Shown: positions 36,355 to 49,535, counted from the stretch's first letter. The stretch: DNA of 64,000 nucleotides from an uncultured Chloroflexia bacterium (GCA_963797095.1 CAWCNY010000002.1:1280001-1344000), one strand, 5' to 3'. Numbers and translations are program-made. The notes: generated by a model not told the origin, from the letters alone.

Positions 36355-36897
36355 GGTCTCGTGCTCCTAACCTGCTTGGACGCCCTATGCGTATTGAACG
36401 CACACGACGACCTGTGCGTGCACGCCTGTCTTCTGTAAGGCGTTGCACACCGTCTACTAACGTGCCCGATTATTCGATTGTTGGACTTTGCTGGGGCTAC
36501 CGTTACGCCGTGCGGGGTGGCGTAAACTGGCTCTCAGACCCGGTCTTCCATCGCGGAAGCGGCCTACGATGAGCGGGGTAGCATGTTTTGAGTATGCGGG
36601 AAATGTGATTGAGAGAAAAGTAAGAGCCGCTCGATGTAGCCGTATATTCAGTTGGATTTATGCCTTTGGTGGGTGTTACCGGTTGTAGGAAACCGATACA
36701 CCAATCCCATAGGCACGCTAGGCTAGCCCATTATAGCCCGATGGTACCACCAATACAATACCTCTAAGGGGTTATATCCGCCTACCACTGGCGTATGAGC
36801 GTGCGTGATGAATGATGGGTGATACACGGGTAGGGCTTACTGCTTACTGCTTACCTAGCTGTCCTAGAAAGTGCCTTGTCATTACGAGAGTCATTGA

Positions 36898-36923
36898 TTA
36901 GCACTCTTTGAAAAAAGTGCTAA
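36898..36923. promoter_or_regulatory. CIRCE-like element 1 (HrcA operator, 8-nt spacer)
   Basis: TTAGCACTC-TTTGAAAA-AAGTGCTAA. Confidence 0.75.
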
Positions 36924-36941
36924 AGTCGGCTTCAAAACCCC

Positions 36942-36996
36942 TTGCGAAACCTGCCGAAACCGTATATAATTAGCAGTCGGAGCCTGAGTTTGCTAA
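36942..36996 (+). promoter_or_regulatory. Sigma70-type promoter and CIRCE element 2 of groESL
   Basis: TTGCGA-17 nt-TATAAT (36942-36970), overlapping TTAGCAGTC-N9-GTTTGCTAA (36970-36996). Confidence 0.8.
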
Positions 36997-37097
36997 CTGC
37001 GTACAATACATGATATGCGACATAAACTACGCAGTACGCAATAGCGAGCAGGTATGTTCCGAAATGAACATCACACTATTTAGGAGGACTCACTAGT

Positions 37098-37415
37098 ATG
37101 GCTGAAACGGCAACTTTGCCTCAGACCAACATCCGCCCGCTCGGCGATCGTGTTGTGATCAAGGCCACGGGCCGCGATGAACAGACCAAGAGCGGTATTT
37201 ATCTCCCTGATACCGCCCAGGAAAAGCCCCAGGAAGGGATTGTGCTGGCAGTAGGTACCGGCAAACTGCTCGACAATGGCACCCGCCAGCCCGTCGATCT
37301 TAAGCCCGGTGACCGCGTGCTTTATTCCAAGTACGCCGGTACAGAGATCAAGCAAGGCGCTGAGGAATACCTTGTGCTCCGCGAGAGCGACATTCTCGCC
37401 GTTATTGAAGGATAG
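37098..37415 (+). CDS. groES: Co-chaperonin GroES
   Basis: [34 protein letters not shown]. Confidence 0.98.
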   Translation: MAETATLPQTNIRPLGDRVVIKATGRDEQTKSGIYLPDTAQEKPQEGIVLAVGTGKLLDNGTRQPVDLKPGDRVLYSKYAGTEIKQGAEEYLVLRESDILAVIEG

Positions 37416-37507
37416 AACAGACGAAAGACGAAAGACGAAGGATGTAAGGATGTAATGTACATAGCTTCGTTGTCCGCCATTCGTCCTTCGTCAAGATCAA
37501 ATATTAG

Positions 37508-39166
<1,659 letters not shown>

Positions 39167-39187
39167 TCGACGGATCTTCCCCGAACA

Positions 39188-39222
39188 AGAAGGGCCGGCT
39201 TTCGAGCCGGCCCTTCCTGTTT
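39188..39222 (+). terminator. Intrinsic terminator after groEL
   Basis: GAAGGGCCGGCT TTCG AGCCGGCCCTTC followed by CTGTTT. Confidence 0.8.
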
Positions 39223-39263
39223 CTCATTCTGATCTTTTCAATTTTCTCTCCTGGGTTTCAGTG

Positions 39264-41237
39264 CTACTGCCTGAAATCTTTCGGTTTCCTCCGGCGTGTG
39301 TCGCGCGAGAATCGTCTCATCCAGGCGCCGATCATTACCATAAGTAATCCAAACGCAAACGCCCATAGCAGCAACGACGTTCTATCGTCGGGCACACCTG
39401 TGGTAGGCATTCCACCAACCACCGGAGGCCCTCCCGTCTCAGGCGCTACCTCAACGACTGGAGTATTGGTAGCCGCAGCCGGTGTATCGGTAGGTACAAG
39501 GGGAATTGCCGTAGGTTGCACTGCTATGACCGTGGCCGTTGGCGACGGGGGCGTTGGTGTATCTGTAGGTGTTTCTGTGGGAGTGTTGGTTGGAGTATTG
39601 GTCGCTGTGTCAGTTGGGGCGTTGGTTGGGGTGTCAGTAGGTGTTGCGGTATCCTCCGGAGGTGTTGTCGGCGGTCGGCTGGTAGGTATCTCTGTGGGCG
39701 TGTTGGTCGGGGTATTACTTGAAACACTGATTGGCGTGAAGGTGGGGGTGCCTGTAGCCGTGAAAGGAGGCGTGTTAGTGGGGGTATTGGTTGGGGTATT
39801 GGTGGGCGTATTGGTAGCCGTACTAATCGCCGTATTGGTTGGGGTATCTGTTGGCGTGTAAGTTGACGTTGGGGTATTGGTAGGCGTGTCGGTGGGGGTG
39901 CTGGTTGAGGTGTAAGTAGGTGTGTTGGTTGGCGTGTCTGTGGGAGTATCGGTGGGGGTGTTGGTTGGAGTATTGGTCGGCGTGTTAGTTGAAGTGCTGG
40001 TTGAGGTGTAAGTAGGTGTGTTTGTTGGGGTATCGGTTGGGGTATCGGTTGGTGTGTAAGTCGGAGTGTCAGTTGGAGTGTTGCTAGGTGTCACCGTTGG
40101 AGTATTGGTGAGTGTGTTAGTCGAAGTAGGTGTATTACTTGGGGTATTGGTCGCGGTTGGGGTGTTGGTAGACGTGCTGGTAGGTGTATTGGTAGGTGTG
40201 TCAGTTGCTGTTGGGGTATTGGTAGGCGTGTCCGTGGGGGTGCTTGTATGCGTGGCAGTTGATGTATTGGTCGGTGTACGAGTTGGTGTGAGGGTCCTTG
40301 TTGATGTGCGAGTGATAGTTGGCGTGCGCGTAGGTGTATTGGTGGTTGTGTTACTGGGTGTAGTGGTCCTGGTTGGCGTCTTGGTAGCCTTGGTTGGTGT
40401 GCGCGTGGGTGTCTTTGTTGCCACATGAGGCGTGCGAGTTGGCGTCTTGGTAGCCTTGGTTGGCGTGCGAGTTGGCGTCTTGGTAGCCTTGGTTGGCGTG
40501 CGAGTTGGCGTCTTGGTAGCCTTGGTTGGTGTGCGTGTGGGTGTCTTTGTTGCCACATGAGGCGTGTTGGTTGGAGTACTGGTAGCTGTTTTGCTGGGTG
40601 TAGCGGTCTTAGTTGGGGTAGTTGTGCGTGTTGCCGTGCGTGTTGCCGTGCGTGTTGCCGTGCGTGTTGCCGTGCGTGTAGGCGTGTGGGGGTGATCCGG
40701 CTCGGATGTGAATGTTGCCGAGCCTCCGCCTGGCAACCCGCTCGTGGGCCCGCCTGCGGGTATCTGTTCCGGTTGCACCGGAGTGCTTGTCGACTCGGCT
40801 ACCGGCGTTCTCACCGGCGCCGTTGATGTAGCCCTGGTCCTTCCCGTACCAGCTTGGTTGGGCGCGGATACAGGTGCTCCAACAAGTGCACTTTGCTCTT
40901 CGCGCTCATCATTGCTATTGGCCGGTTGCGTATTAGCAGCGCCGGTTTCCGCTGTCTCACTCCCCGTGTCAGTGGTAGCTTCTGTAGCATCTCCTTGGCT
41001 GGCTAGCGCCGCCGGTGGCCGCTCAGGGGAGGCCATTCCAGTCTCAATGGCACTAAGGTTGAAGACGCGGACGTTCGTGAACCCTCTTGTACCGCCTGTG
41101 AGAGCCAGCGTCAATATCATCGCCAGCACTACAAGCCTGTACAACGGCCCACGCCTGCGCCCGCGCGCGTCTCCACCCGGCTCGTGCTTGATAGTGAACC
41201 TCATCGCTTTTATGCTCCTCCGTGGTCTGACCTGCAT
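39264..41237 (-). CDS. Thr/Pro-rich surface protein with MPTTG sortase-type anchor
   Basis: Signal/TM, RTAT and [10 protein letters not shown] repeats, TPT(D/N) repeats, MPTTG + TM + basic tail. Confidence 0.82.
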   Translation of the reverse strand: MQVRPRRSIKAMRFTIKHEPGGDARGRRRGPLYRLVVLAMILTLALTGGTRGFTNVRVFNLSAIETGMASPERPPAALASQGDATEATTDTGSETAETGAANTQPANSNDEREEQSALVGAPVSAPNQAGTGRTRATSTAPVRTPVAESTSTPVQPEQIPAGGPTSGLPGGGSATFTSEPDHPHTPTRTATRTATRTATRTATRTTTPTKTATPSKTATSTPTNTPHVATKTPTRTPTKATKTPTRTPTKATKTPTRTPTKATKTPTRTPHVATKTPTRTPTKATKTPTRTTTPSNTTTNTPTRTPTITRTSTRTLTPTRTPTNTSTATHTSTPTDTPTNTPTATDTPTNTPTSTSTNTPTATNTPSNTPTSTNTLTNTPTVTPSNTPTDTPTYTPTDTPTDTPTNTPTYTSTSTSTNTPTNTPTNTPTDTPTDTPTNTPTYTSTSTPTDTPTNTPTSTYTPTDTPTNTAISTATNTPTNTPTNTPTNTPPFTATGTPTFTPISVSSNTPTNTPTEIPTSRPPTTPPEDTATPTDTPTNAPTDTATNTPTNTPTETPTDTPTPPSPTATVIAVQPTAIPLVPTDTPAAATNTPVVEVAPETGGPPVVGGMPTTGVPDDRTSLLLWAFAFGLLMVMIGAWMRRFSRDTRRRKPKDFRQ

Positions 41238-42005
41238 CTCATCACATAGTTATCTCACGTGCGACGACCACTTTCGCACGCGCGCAATTCCTTCTCCAGG
41301 TTCCAATAATCTCGGGTGTTATTCCTCCAATCTAGCGCAGTTAGGGCCGGGTACGATGGATGGATGGCTCCCAGGCGCTCCGGGCCTATGTGCTCCATAT
41401 GGTAACCGCGGCTAACTTTGCCTATTTGCACGCATGCTAGGTTGATGCATTGCGTTTCTGAAATGCGGGGGGAGGCTTAAGAGAATAACGGCAATGCCCC
41501 ACCGAAATAACTCTCGCTACCGGCATCAATGATGATCGCACGATACGTGCCAGGTAGCTTACGCATTATAGCTACTTTTGGATGTCGCAGCGCTGGCGCT
41601 TTGCCCAGTTATGTCTATCATATCAGGTTTTGGCTTAAATACCACACCCATTAGTATTATTTTTCTGATGCTCCACTGAATAAGGTGCTCTATTATGTTC
41701 TAATGAGTAAGAAATAGGAACAGGGCCTTACAGAGCACAGAGCGCCAGGGCTCTTAAACCTCTCGGCACGAGACAATGTGTTCTACATCGGGAGGATGCT
41801 GCTGAATACGGCATCGACTTTCCCGTAATTCTCGCCTTCGCTACTGTCCCCACTATCCTCTTGATGCTCGTTGCTACTCTTCAACGTGTGCACCGGCATC
41901 CTTTGCGGTGCCTCTCTTTCAGGCAGGCCAGAGAGTTGTATGATATTCGGCCTATGAGGTGTTGGCTTTGTTTCTGGTGCGCTAAATGTAAAGAACTATG
42001 CGGAA

Positions 42006-42044
42006 CAAGCAAAACCGGCGGGCCTAGCCGCCGGTTTTGCTTGT
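42006..42044. terminator. Intrinsic terminator hairpin
   Basis: CAAGCAAAACCGGCGG GCCTAG CCGCCGGTTTTGCTTG, downstream of the 42068 stop. Confidence 0.75.
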
Positions 42045-42067
42045 TCTCAGGCGTGTTGGTGAATAAC

Positions 42068-45000
42068 TTACCGCCTGCGCTTACTGGTTGCTTTTACTGG
42101 GGCTTTGCGGGCCTGTCTGCGTAGCCAGACGCCTAGCAGCACCAGGGCGATGCCCAATCCGAAGACCCATGCGAGGGGCGAGATGCCATCTTTGGGTCTG
42201 CCCGTTTCCGGCATGCCGCCCACTTTCGCAGGTATCGGCGTGGCGTCGCCTATGTCGCCCGCTACCTGGGAGGAGCCTTCTCCGGTGGGCTGGCCTATTG
42301 CCGTCGTGGGCAGAGGCATGGTAGTTGAGGTGGGGGCCGCCACACCTGGTGTGGAATTTCTGGGCGTATCGGTTGCATTGATGGCAGGTGAATTGGTGGG
42401 TTGGGCGGTCACACCTGTTGGGGTATTGACGGGGGTAGGGGTATTTGTCGCCGGGTCCATCGGCATGCCTGTTGGCGTCTCTGTTGGGGGGTTTGGCGGG
42501 CCAACCGGGTCTCCTGGATCGGGTGTATTGGTGGGCGTGCTCCGGTGAATAATGGTTGGAGTAGGGGTCGGGGTGTTGGTAGTGGCATCCGTAGGCACTG
42601 CGGGTACGTTGGTTGGCGTATTTGCAGGCATGTTGGTAGGAGTGCTGGCAGGTGGTCCTATGGGCGTGTGCGTAGGTTGCACGGCTGCGTTGGTGGGTGT
42701 GCTGGTGATAGTCGGGCTGTTGATCGGTGTATTCGTTGGCGATGCCGTTGGTGCGGCGGTTCGAGTGCGTGTTGGGGTGTGAGATGGCGCTTGCGTAGGG
42801 TTGAGCGTGGGGGTGCGCGTACCGGTTGGCATTTGCGTTGGCGTGTTCGTAAGGACGCTTGCCAGGGTCGGTGTTGTCGTGGAGGTGCCGGTCGCCGGGC
42901 TGGCAGGTGTCTGAGTTATTGTCGGAGTGCCGGTCGAGGTGCTGGTAGCGGTGTTGGTTGGTCCATTAGTTGGTGTATTCGTGCTAACAGGGGTATTCGT
43001 GGGCGTATCCGTGCTGGTTGGCGTCTCCGTAGGTGTGTTTGTGGCAGTATCCGTTGCGGTTGGCGTGTCAGTAGGAGTATCGGTTGGAGTATCCGTAGGC
43101 GTGTTGCTCGGAGTATTGGTGGGGGTATCCGTTGGTGTATTGGTAGAAGTAGGCGTGTCAGTAGGTGTGGAGGTAGCAGTATCCGTTGCCGTTGGTGTGT
43201 CAGTAGGAGTATCGGTCGGTGTGTCAGTAGGAGTATCGGTCGGTGTATCGGTCGGCGTGTCAGTAGGCGTGCTTGTTGGGGTGTCAGTTGGCGTAGGAGT
43301 GTCTGTTGGCGTATTGGTAGGAGTGTCGGTTGGAGTGTTAGTCGGGGTATCAGTCGGGGTGTTTGTTGCTGTGGGCGTGTTAGTGGGGGTATTGGTTGGA
43401 GTATCGGTTGGGGTATTGGTTGGGGTATTGGTTGGGGTATTGGTGGGAGTGTCAGTTGGAGTGTTGCTAGGTGTCACCGTTGGAGTATTGGTGGGTGTGT
43501 TAGTCGAAGTAGGCGTATTAGAAGGCGTATTCGTGCTGGTGGGGGTATTGGTGGGTGTGTTAGTCGAAGTAGGTGTGTTACTTGGGGTATTGGTCGCGGT
43601 TGGGGTGTTGGAAGGTGTATTGGTAGGCGTGGGTGTGTTTGTAGACGTGTTGGTAGGCGTATTCGTCGAAGTGTTAGTTGGCGTGCTCGTATTGGTTGGG
43701 GCAGAGGTATTGGTGGGCGAATTGGTTGGAGTGTTGGTTGGAGTGTTGGTCGGTGTGTTCGTATTGGTGGGCGTCACAGTTGGTGTATTGGTTGCAGTTG
43801 GAGTGTTGCTGGGTGTGCTGGTCGGGGTGCGACTTGGCGTAGGTGATGGCGTGTTGCTTGGCGTATTCGTAGCCGTGCTTGTTGAGGTGATTGTGGCCGT
43901 AGCAGTAGATGTAATTGTAGGGGTGTTGGTTGCTACGCCGGTCGGGGTCGGTGTGTTGGTTGGTGTGTTCGTTGGCGTGTTCGTTGGCGTGTTGGTTGGT
44001 GTGTCAGTGGGCGTGTCGGTTGGAGTGTTGGTGGGCTGAAGCCCGCAAGTAGCCGAGGCGAACCCATCCAGGCCGTCGGGCCAGAGCGCATATACATCTA
44101 TCTGATAGTAATTTCCTGAATAGACGCGAGAATAGCCGACGAAAGTATCGATCAGGTCGGGAGTCCCGCACATGCCGTACAAGTAGATATCCACGGTGGG
44201 GGGACCCGATCCCGGATCGAGGGTCACCGTGAACGTGTGAGTACATCCGCCTGGTGTGTTGCAGGTTACGTGTATTGCAGGCGGTACGATGGTCGGGGTG
44301 AATGTGGGTGTAATGGTCGGCGTGCGGGTAACAGTCGGGCTATTGGTGGCGGTGGGCGTGTTGGTAGATGTGCGGGTGGGTGTGCGAGAAGGTGTGCTCG
44401 ACGGGGTGTTGGTGACAGTTCGGGTGGGGGTAACCGTTGGCGTGTTGGTGATGGTGGGTGTATCGGTCGGTAGCGGAGTATTAGTGATCGTTGGAGTCCT
44501 GGTGGGAGTGGAAGTAATAGTAGAGGTGGGAGTAACCGTGGGCGTGCTGGTGATGGTTGGCGTGTTTGAGGGCGTGGCCGTATTGGTGGCGGTTCTGGTG
44601 GGAGTGGATGTCCGCGTACTGGTCCTGGTGGGAGTAACCGTAGGCGTGTTGGTGATGGTCACGGTTGGGGTTACCGTTGGGGTGTTAGTCCGAGTAGGAG
44701 TTTGAGTAATCGTAGGCGTGTTGGTTATGGTAGGGGTCCTGGTGGGGGTGGGCGTATTGGTGGGCGTGTTGGTTATAGTAGGGGTCGGGGTAACGGTCGG
44801 GCTGTTAGTGGCGGTGGACGTATTGGTAATGGTAGCGGTACTGGTGCGTGTCGGGGTGTTTGAGGGCGTGCTGGTGATGGTGCGCGTAGGCGTGTTGGTG
44901 GCGGTGTTGGTCGAGGTGGGTGTAAAGGTGCGGGTCGCGGTAGCTGTGACGGTTGGCGTACCGGTAGGTCGCGAGCCGCAGGTAGCAGACCCGAAGCCTT

Positions 45001-45760
45001 CGATGTTGTCGGGCCAGGTTGCTACTGCATCTACTCTCCAGTAGTTGCCCGAATAGACGTGGGAATAAGCGACAAATGTATCGGTAGTGGTCGGGTCTCC
45101 GCACGAACCGTACAATGTAACGTTTACAGTAGGTGGACCGCCATGCCCGCCGTCGAGCGTAATGGTATAGGTATGGTCACACTGAGGCCCACCGTTACAC
45201 GAAATCAACACGCCTCCCGTTTCCTGGGGCGTCTCGGTGGCTGTAGCAGTATCAAGTGGTTGCGCTTGAGCCGCGTTTGTGGGGCGTACGGCGCTCTTTT
45301 CGGGTTTGGGTTGTGTGGTACTTGTAGCCTCTCTCTTGGGAGTGACGGTCGCCTGTGTGGCAGGCTTGTGTGTGGGCACCGTAGTTACGGATGGTACGGC
45401 TGTAGCTTTCGATGTAGGAATACCCGTTGGTCGAGCAGGTGCGGTCGCGGTGGACGTGGATGTGAAAGTGGGTGGGCGTTCGGTAGCCCTTGAAGTGGGC
45501 ATACCTGTTGGCCTGGCCGTGGCCTTGCGCTTTGGGGTCGGCGTGGGTGTTCCTTGCGGGCGGGTTGTATCGTTCCCGCCTGTTCTCACCGAGGTGGCTA
45601 CTGTTTCAAGGCTGTTACTTACGGGTACGGCAGCGAAACCGGTATGGTCCGGTACACCGATCGCCTCGTCGAGGATTACCTGTGTTATCAGCATGGCGGC
45701 AAGAGCAACAGCAGCCAGTGCGATAACAACAAATGTGGGTTTTTCTCTGGATGAACGCAA
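42068..45760 (-). CDS. Large Thr/Pro-rich surface protein with two Cys-rich domains and MPETG anchor
   Basis: AGGAGG RBS with TTG start; signal peptide; duplicated ~75-aa four-Cys domain; long TP repeats; MPETG + TM + basic tail. Confidence 0.85.
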   Translation of the reverse strand: MRSSREKPTFVVIALAAVALAAMLITQVILDEAIGVPDHTGFAAVPVSNSLETVATSVRTGGNDTTRPQGTPTPTPKRKATARPTGMPTSRATERPPTFTSTSTATAPARPTGIPTSKATAVPSVTTVPTHKPATQATVTPKREATSTTQPKPEKSAVRPTNAAQAQPLDTATATETPQETGGVLISCNGGPQCDHTYTITLDGGHGGPPTVNVTLYGSCGDPTTTDTFVAYSHVYSGNYWRVDAVATWPDNIEGFGSATCGSRPTGTPTVTATATRTFTPTSTNTATNTPTRTITSTPSNTPTRTSTATITNTSTATNSPTVTPTPTITNTPTNTPTPTRTPTITNTPTITQTPTRTNTPTVTPTVTITNTPTVTPTRTSTRTSTPTRTATNTATPSNTPTITSTPTVTPTSTITSTPTRTPTITNTPLPTDTPTITNTPTVTPTRTVTNTPSSTPSRTPTRTSTNTPTATNSPTVTRTPTITPTFTPTIVPPAIHVTCNTPGGCTHTFTVTLDPGSGPPTVDIYLYGMCGTPDLIDTFVGYSRVYSGNYYQIDVYALWPDGLDGFASATCGLQPTNTPTDTPTDTPTNTPTNTPTNTPTNTPTPTGVATNTPTITSTATATITSTSTATNTPSNTPSPTPSRTPTSTPSNTPTATNTPTVTPTNTNTPTNTPTNTPTNSPTNTSAPTNTSTPTNTSTNTPTNTSTNTPTPTNTPSNTPTATNTPSNTPTSTNTPTNTPTSTNTPSNTPTSTNTPTNTPTVTPSNTPTDTPTNTPTNTPTNTPTDTPTNTPTNTPTATNTPTDTPTNTPTDTPTNTPTDTPTPTDTPTSTPTDTPTDTPTDTPTDTPTDTPTDTPTATDTATSTPTDTPTSTNTPTDTPTNTPSNTPTDTPTDTPTDTPTATDTATNTPTETPTSTDTPTNTPVSTNTPTNGPTNTATSTSTGTPTITQTPASPATGTSTTTPTLASVLTNTPTQMPTGTRTPTLNPTQAPSHTPTRTRTAAPTASPTNTPINSPTITSTPTNAAVQPTHTPIGPPASTPTNMPANTPTNVPAVPTDATTNTPTPTPTIIHRSTPTNTPDPGDPVGPPNPPTETPTGMPMDPATNTPTPVNTPTGVTAQPTNSPAINATDTPRNSTPGVAAPTSTTMPLPTTAIGQPTGEGSSQVAGDIGDATPIPAKVGGMPETGRPKDGISPLAWVFGLGIALVLLGVWLRRQARKAPVKATSKRRR

Positions 45761-46128
45761 CTATAGAGCCCTCCTCTATACAGGATAGGCACGGCTGCCC
45801 AGCGAAATCGGCAACATGCGCCGATAACCAGCATCTGAGGCTGGGCCAGCACGAATGTTGTGTACCCCACAGCATGTATTAAAAGGGGCTTATAGAACGC
45901 CTGTATGAGCCGCTGATTTAGCAACAACTACAAGAGTACGAGCGCCTATGACCCTAATATCAACTGTATATGTGAGACACAACTCACTTTGGCTAGACAT
46001 AACTAGCTGATCGAAGTATGCGTCCATACTGACATACCTTCAATAGCCGGAAAGTACCCCCCGCAAGAGCTATTACTACTACTTCCTACAACCGGGTTGT
46101 ATACCCGACCTTGGGGATGGGATCCTCG

Positions 46129-46980
46129 CTACCCGTTCCTAGCCAGGAACTCCAACACCAACCGGTTGTGCTCGTCCGGGTTGTGGCTGTGGAGCACGTG
46201 TGCGGCATTCGGAATGAGCGCCTGCTCGGCGTGGGGTATGCAGCGTGCTAATTCGTCGTTAATGAGGTAGTACATATGGGGGCTGTTCGCGCCCCTTAGC
46301 AGGAGGGTGGGCGCTTCGATCTTTTTCGCATCCTCGCACGCGAAGTCGGGCATGAACACCGAGTAATCGGCCAGGGTGGCCGCGCTCATCTCCGGGGCGT
46401 TCTTCATCATGGCATCGCGTACCCTTTGGGGCATCTCATCAAATATACCCTGCCCTACCGCGCCATCCAGAAAGCGCCTTACACCTTCCTCAAGATTGCC
46501 CTCGCTGAACGCTGCCTCTGAGGCTACCCACGCTCGTGTTCGGACCTCGGCCAGTATGTCGGCCCCACCGGGCAAGCGGGCCAGCAAAGGCTGTACGGGT
46601 GGCTCAGCAAGCGCCATCGCCCGAACCAGCTCAGGGTATCGCACAGCAGTGTTCAGGCAGACGTAGCCGCCATATGAGTTTGCTGCCAGGTGCGCTTTCC
46701 CTAAATCGAGACCCAGAATCAGGCCCGCCAGGTCTTCCACGTGTTGCATCATCGAGGCGCGATAGTCGGAAGGCCAGGGGTTGGGGTAAAATGCTCGCCT
46801 GCTGTATGAGATCACATGATAACGTTCTGAGAAGGGTCCGACCTGCGGGTTCCAGGTCCTATAGTCACCCAGTCCCCCGTGCACAAATACCACTGCCCGG
46901 GAGTGCTCCTCTCCTGCTTCTATATAGTAGAGCATGGTGCCGTTTACTTCAATCTTCTTGAGATGTGGTCGCGTTTGCAT
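46129..46980 (-). CDS. Alpha/beta hydrolase
   Basis: FVHGG, ANSYGG nucleophile elbow, C-terminal AAH. Confidence 0.88.
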   Translation of the reverse strand: MQTRPHLKKIEVNGTMLYYIEAGEEHSRAVVFVHGGLGDYRTWNPQVGPFSERYHVISYSRRAFYPNPWPSDYRASMMQHVEDLAGLILGLDLGKAHLAANSYGGYVCLNTAVRYPELVRAMALAEPPVQPLLARLPGGADILAEVRTRAWVASEAAFSEGNLEEGVRRFLDGAVGQGIFDEMPQRVRDAMMKNAPEMSAATLADYSVFMPDFACEDAKKIEAPTLLLRGANSPHMYYLINDELARCIPHAEQALIPNAAHVLHSHNPDEHNRLVLEFLARNG

Positions 46981-47092
46981 GACCACTATTGTACACAAAG
47001 AAAAGATCTTTGATACAGGATTGGGTGTGAGATAAAGAAATTGCACTCCCCGGTCAGGTAAGACAATGCCTGTGAGAACGGGGCACGCCTCC

Positions 47093-47160
47093 TTGACAAC
47101 CCATATTGCATTTGCTAGAATAAACTACAGGAGATTATAATCCAATAGAGTAGAATTAAG
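47093..47160 (+). promoter_or_regulatory. Promoter of nrtR-nadBCA with possible NrtR sites
   Basis: TTGACA-17 nt-TAGAAT; repeated TAGAAT(A/T)AA at 47116 and 47151. Confidence 0.55.
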
Positions 47161-47931
47161 ATGATCCAGACACCCACCGCTCTTGAACCAAACGCTGTAG
47201 TCGCCGTAGACGTGGTGCTATTTACCGTCCGCGAAGCTGAGCGTGTGGAGGATATGTGGCAGGTGCTGTTGGTACAGACCGACGACCCGGCCTTCGGGCA
47301 CAAATGGGCTTTGCCGGGGGTACTATCCCGCGCCGACGAGACCTTCGATGATGCCGCCCGCCGTGCTTTACGCAATAAGGCTGGCCTCGATGCTCACGAT
47401 TGGTATCTGGACCAGTTAGGTACATTCGGCGACCCAGGTCGCGATACACGTGGTCGGGTGGTGTCGGTGGCGCACGTGGCCCTGGTGCGGAGCGACCACC
47501 TCAGCCTGGTGCCGGGCGGCAGCGTGCTTCGGGCCGAGTGGCGTCCGGTTCTCCGGGTGCTTCCTGAACAATTGGCCTTCGATCATGGCGCTATTCTGAG
47601 CACTGGGATGGAGCGCATCCGGAGCAAGCTTCGCTACTCCTGGGTGGCTTTCCAACTTCTCCCCGAAGAGTTCACCCTTCCTGAACTACGCGACATCTAT
47701 GCCGCCATATTGGATCCGACCATCCTACGGCTGCATACTAGCAACTTTAAGAAGGCCTTCTCCGCCCTCTTCGCCACAGGCGCGCTTGTGCCTACGGGCA
47801 AACGCTCCGAAGGTGGAGGGCGGGTGGGACGCCCAGGGGATTTATATCGTTTCAGTGGGCCGGTTGCAGGTACCTGGGCCAGGGAGCTTCCCTGGCATGG
47901 GGAAGTTGGACGAGTGACGAGTGACGAGTGA
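47161..47931 (+). CDS. nrtR: Nudix-related transcriptional regulator NrtR
   Basis: VAVDVVLFT, WALPG, QLGTFGDPGRD.RGRVVSVA, LAFDH, FTL.EL..Y, GRPG.LYRF; heads the nad operon. Confidence 0.88.
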   Translation: MIQTPTALEPNAVVAVDVVLFTVREAERVEDMWQVLLVQTDDPAFGHKWALPGVLSRADETFDDAARRALRNKAGLDAHDWYLDQLGTFGDPGRDTRGRVVSVAHVALVRSDHLSLVPGGSVLRAEWRPVLRVLPEQLAFDHGAILSTGMERIRSKLRYSWVAFQLLPEEFTLPELRDIYAAILDPTILRLHTSNFKKAFSALFATGALVPTGKRSEGGGRVGRPGDLYRFSGPVAGTWARELPWHGEVGRVTSDE

Positions 47932-47990
47932 CGATGGCTCACTGTCGTCGTCTGTCCTTCGTCTATCGTTCGTTTTGAAAGGACATAGCA

Positions 47991-49535
47991 ATGTTCTACG
48001 GTGAAGGTAGCCCGGCGGACAGTACAGAAGATCGCCTTGTGGTAATTGGCTCAGGGGTGGCGGGCTTAGCCGCTGCGCTGGCAGCCGCCGAGCGTCGAAT
48101 GCCTGTGCTTCTTGTGACTGCGGGCCAGCCGGTTGCGGGTTCAAGCTGGTGGGCGCAGGGCGGGATCGCCGCCGCCGTCGGTGACGACGATTCCCCGAAT
48201 ATCCATTACGACGACACGCTGAGCGTGGGGGTTGAGCTAAACGACTGCGAGGCGGTGCATCTCCTCACCGAGGAAGGCCGCCGCCTGGTGACGGGGTTGC
48301 TGGACACCGGAGTGCCGTTCGATGGGACGGACCTGCACCCCGACCTCGGATTGGAAGCGGGCCATAGCCGCCGGCGCATCCTGCATGCGGGTGGAGGGGC
48401 TACTGGCGCTGTGCTGTCTGATGCCTTGCTGGACCGCGCAGTCCAGCACCGGCGCGTATCGGTGCTTCCCAACACTCCTGTTGATCGTCTGCTGACCGAG
48501 AACGGTCGAGTGGTGGGCGTTGGCAGCGGCGCAGCCGAGTATCGAGGTAATGCCGTGGTCCTGTGTACAGGGGGATACGCGGGCCTGTGGGGGCGCTCCA
48601 CCAACCCACGCGGCAACCAGGGGATCGGCGTCGCCCTCGCATGGCGGGCTGGTGCTTCGCTGGCCGATCTCGAATTCGTGCAGTTTCACCCCACCGCGCT
48701 CTCGCTGCCCGGTGCGCCCGCTTTCCTGCTGACCGAGGCCTTGCGCGGCGATGGCGCGCTGCTGGTGGATGCTACGGGCCACAAAATGGTGGACCCTTTG
48801 CTCCCACGCGATGTAGTGGCGCGTGCCATCGCCCGCCACCTGAAAGAGAAGGGTCCGGTCTACCTCACCATGCGCCATCTCGACCCTTCTGTGAGCGACC
48901 ACTTCGCCTCGATCAAGAAGCAACTTAGCGAGTATGGCCTCCACCTGGCGCGCGACCTTATCCCGGTTGCTCCCGCTGCCCACTATTGCATGGGTGGCAT
49001 CCGCACCGACGTGGATGGACGCTCGACGCTGCCTGGCCTGTATGCTGCGGGCGAGGTCGCCTGCACAGGTGTGCAGGGAGCCAACCGGTTGGCCTCCAAC
49101 TCATTGCTGGAATGCCTGGTGTTTGGCCGCCGCGCGGCGCTTGCCTCCCTTACCGATGAGGCTGATGCTCATGCGTCGTGGCCTACCGTTGCGCTTCCCA
49201 CGGCCTTTGACCTGGATGCAATCAAACTGATCGACCTTCCTCAAGAAGTTCTTGATACACACCTGGGTGAGCGCCTGGACAGCGAGCTGGGGGTAGAGCG
49301 CAACGGCCCTCAGATGGAAGCCTTGATCGCCCGGTTGCCCGATCCTGCATCTACAACAGCGGCTCCGGGCCATATCGTGGCTTCCCTGGTGGCCCGCGCT
49401 GCCCTCTTACGCACCGAGAGCCGTGGCGGCCACTACCGCTCGGATTACCCCGAAACCAACCCTGAATGGCGCGGGCGCATCGTATGGAACCACGATACCA
49501 ATCCCCAATTCGAGGAGGTCCCACATTGCGACTAG
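47991..49535 (+). CDS. nadB: L-aspartate oxidase
   Basis: GSGVAG, AQGGIAA, EAGHSRRRILH, QFHPT, HYCMGG, GANRLASNSLLE, ESRGGH. Confidence 0.93.
   Translation: MFYGEGSPADSTEDRLVVIGSGVAGLAAALAAAERRMPVLLVTAGQPVAGSSWWAQGGIAAAVGDDDSPNIHYDDTLSVGVELNDCEAVHLLTEEGRRLVTGLLDTGVPFDGTDLHPDLGLEAGHSRRRILHAGGGATGAVLSDALLDRAVQHRRVSVLPNTPVDRLLTENGRVVGVGSGAAEYRGNAVVLCTGGYAGLWGRSTNPRGNQGIGVALAWRAGASLADLEFVQFHPTALSLPGAPAFLLTEALRGDGALLVDATGHKMVDPLLPRDVVARAIARHLKEKGPVYLTMRHLDPSVSDHFASIKKQLSEYGLHLARDLIPVAPAAHYCMGGIRTDVDGRSTLPGLYAAGEVACTGVQGANRLASNSLLECLVFGRRAALASLTDEADAHASWPTVALPTAFDLDAIKLIDLPQEVLDTHLGERLDSELGVERNGPQMEALIARLPDPASTTAAPGHIVASLVARAALLRTESRGGHYRSDYPETNPEWRGRIVWNHDTNPQFEEVPHCD

Noticed and set aside
36480-36600. 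c-di-GMP-I riboswitch upstream of the LPLTG protein (GGGTCTGAG..ACGGTAGCC on the minus strand)
   Set aside because: The GGCAAA..GAAA..CGCAAAGC P2 region is missing.
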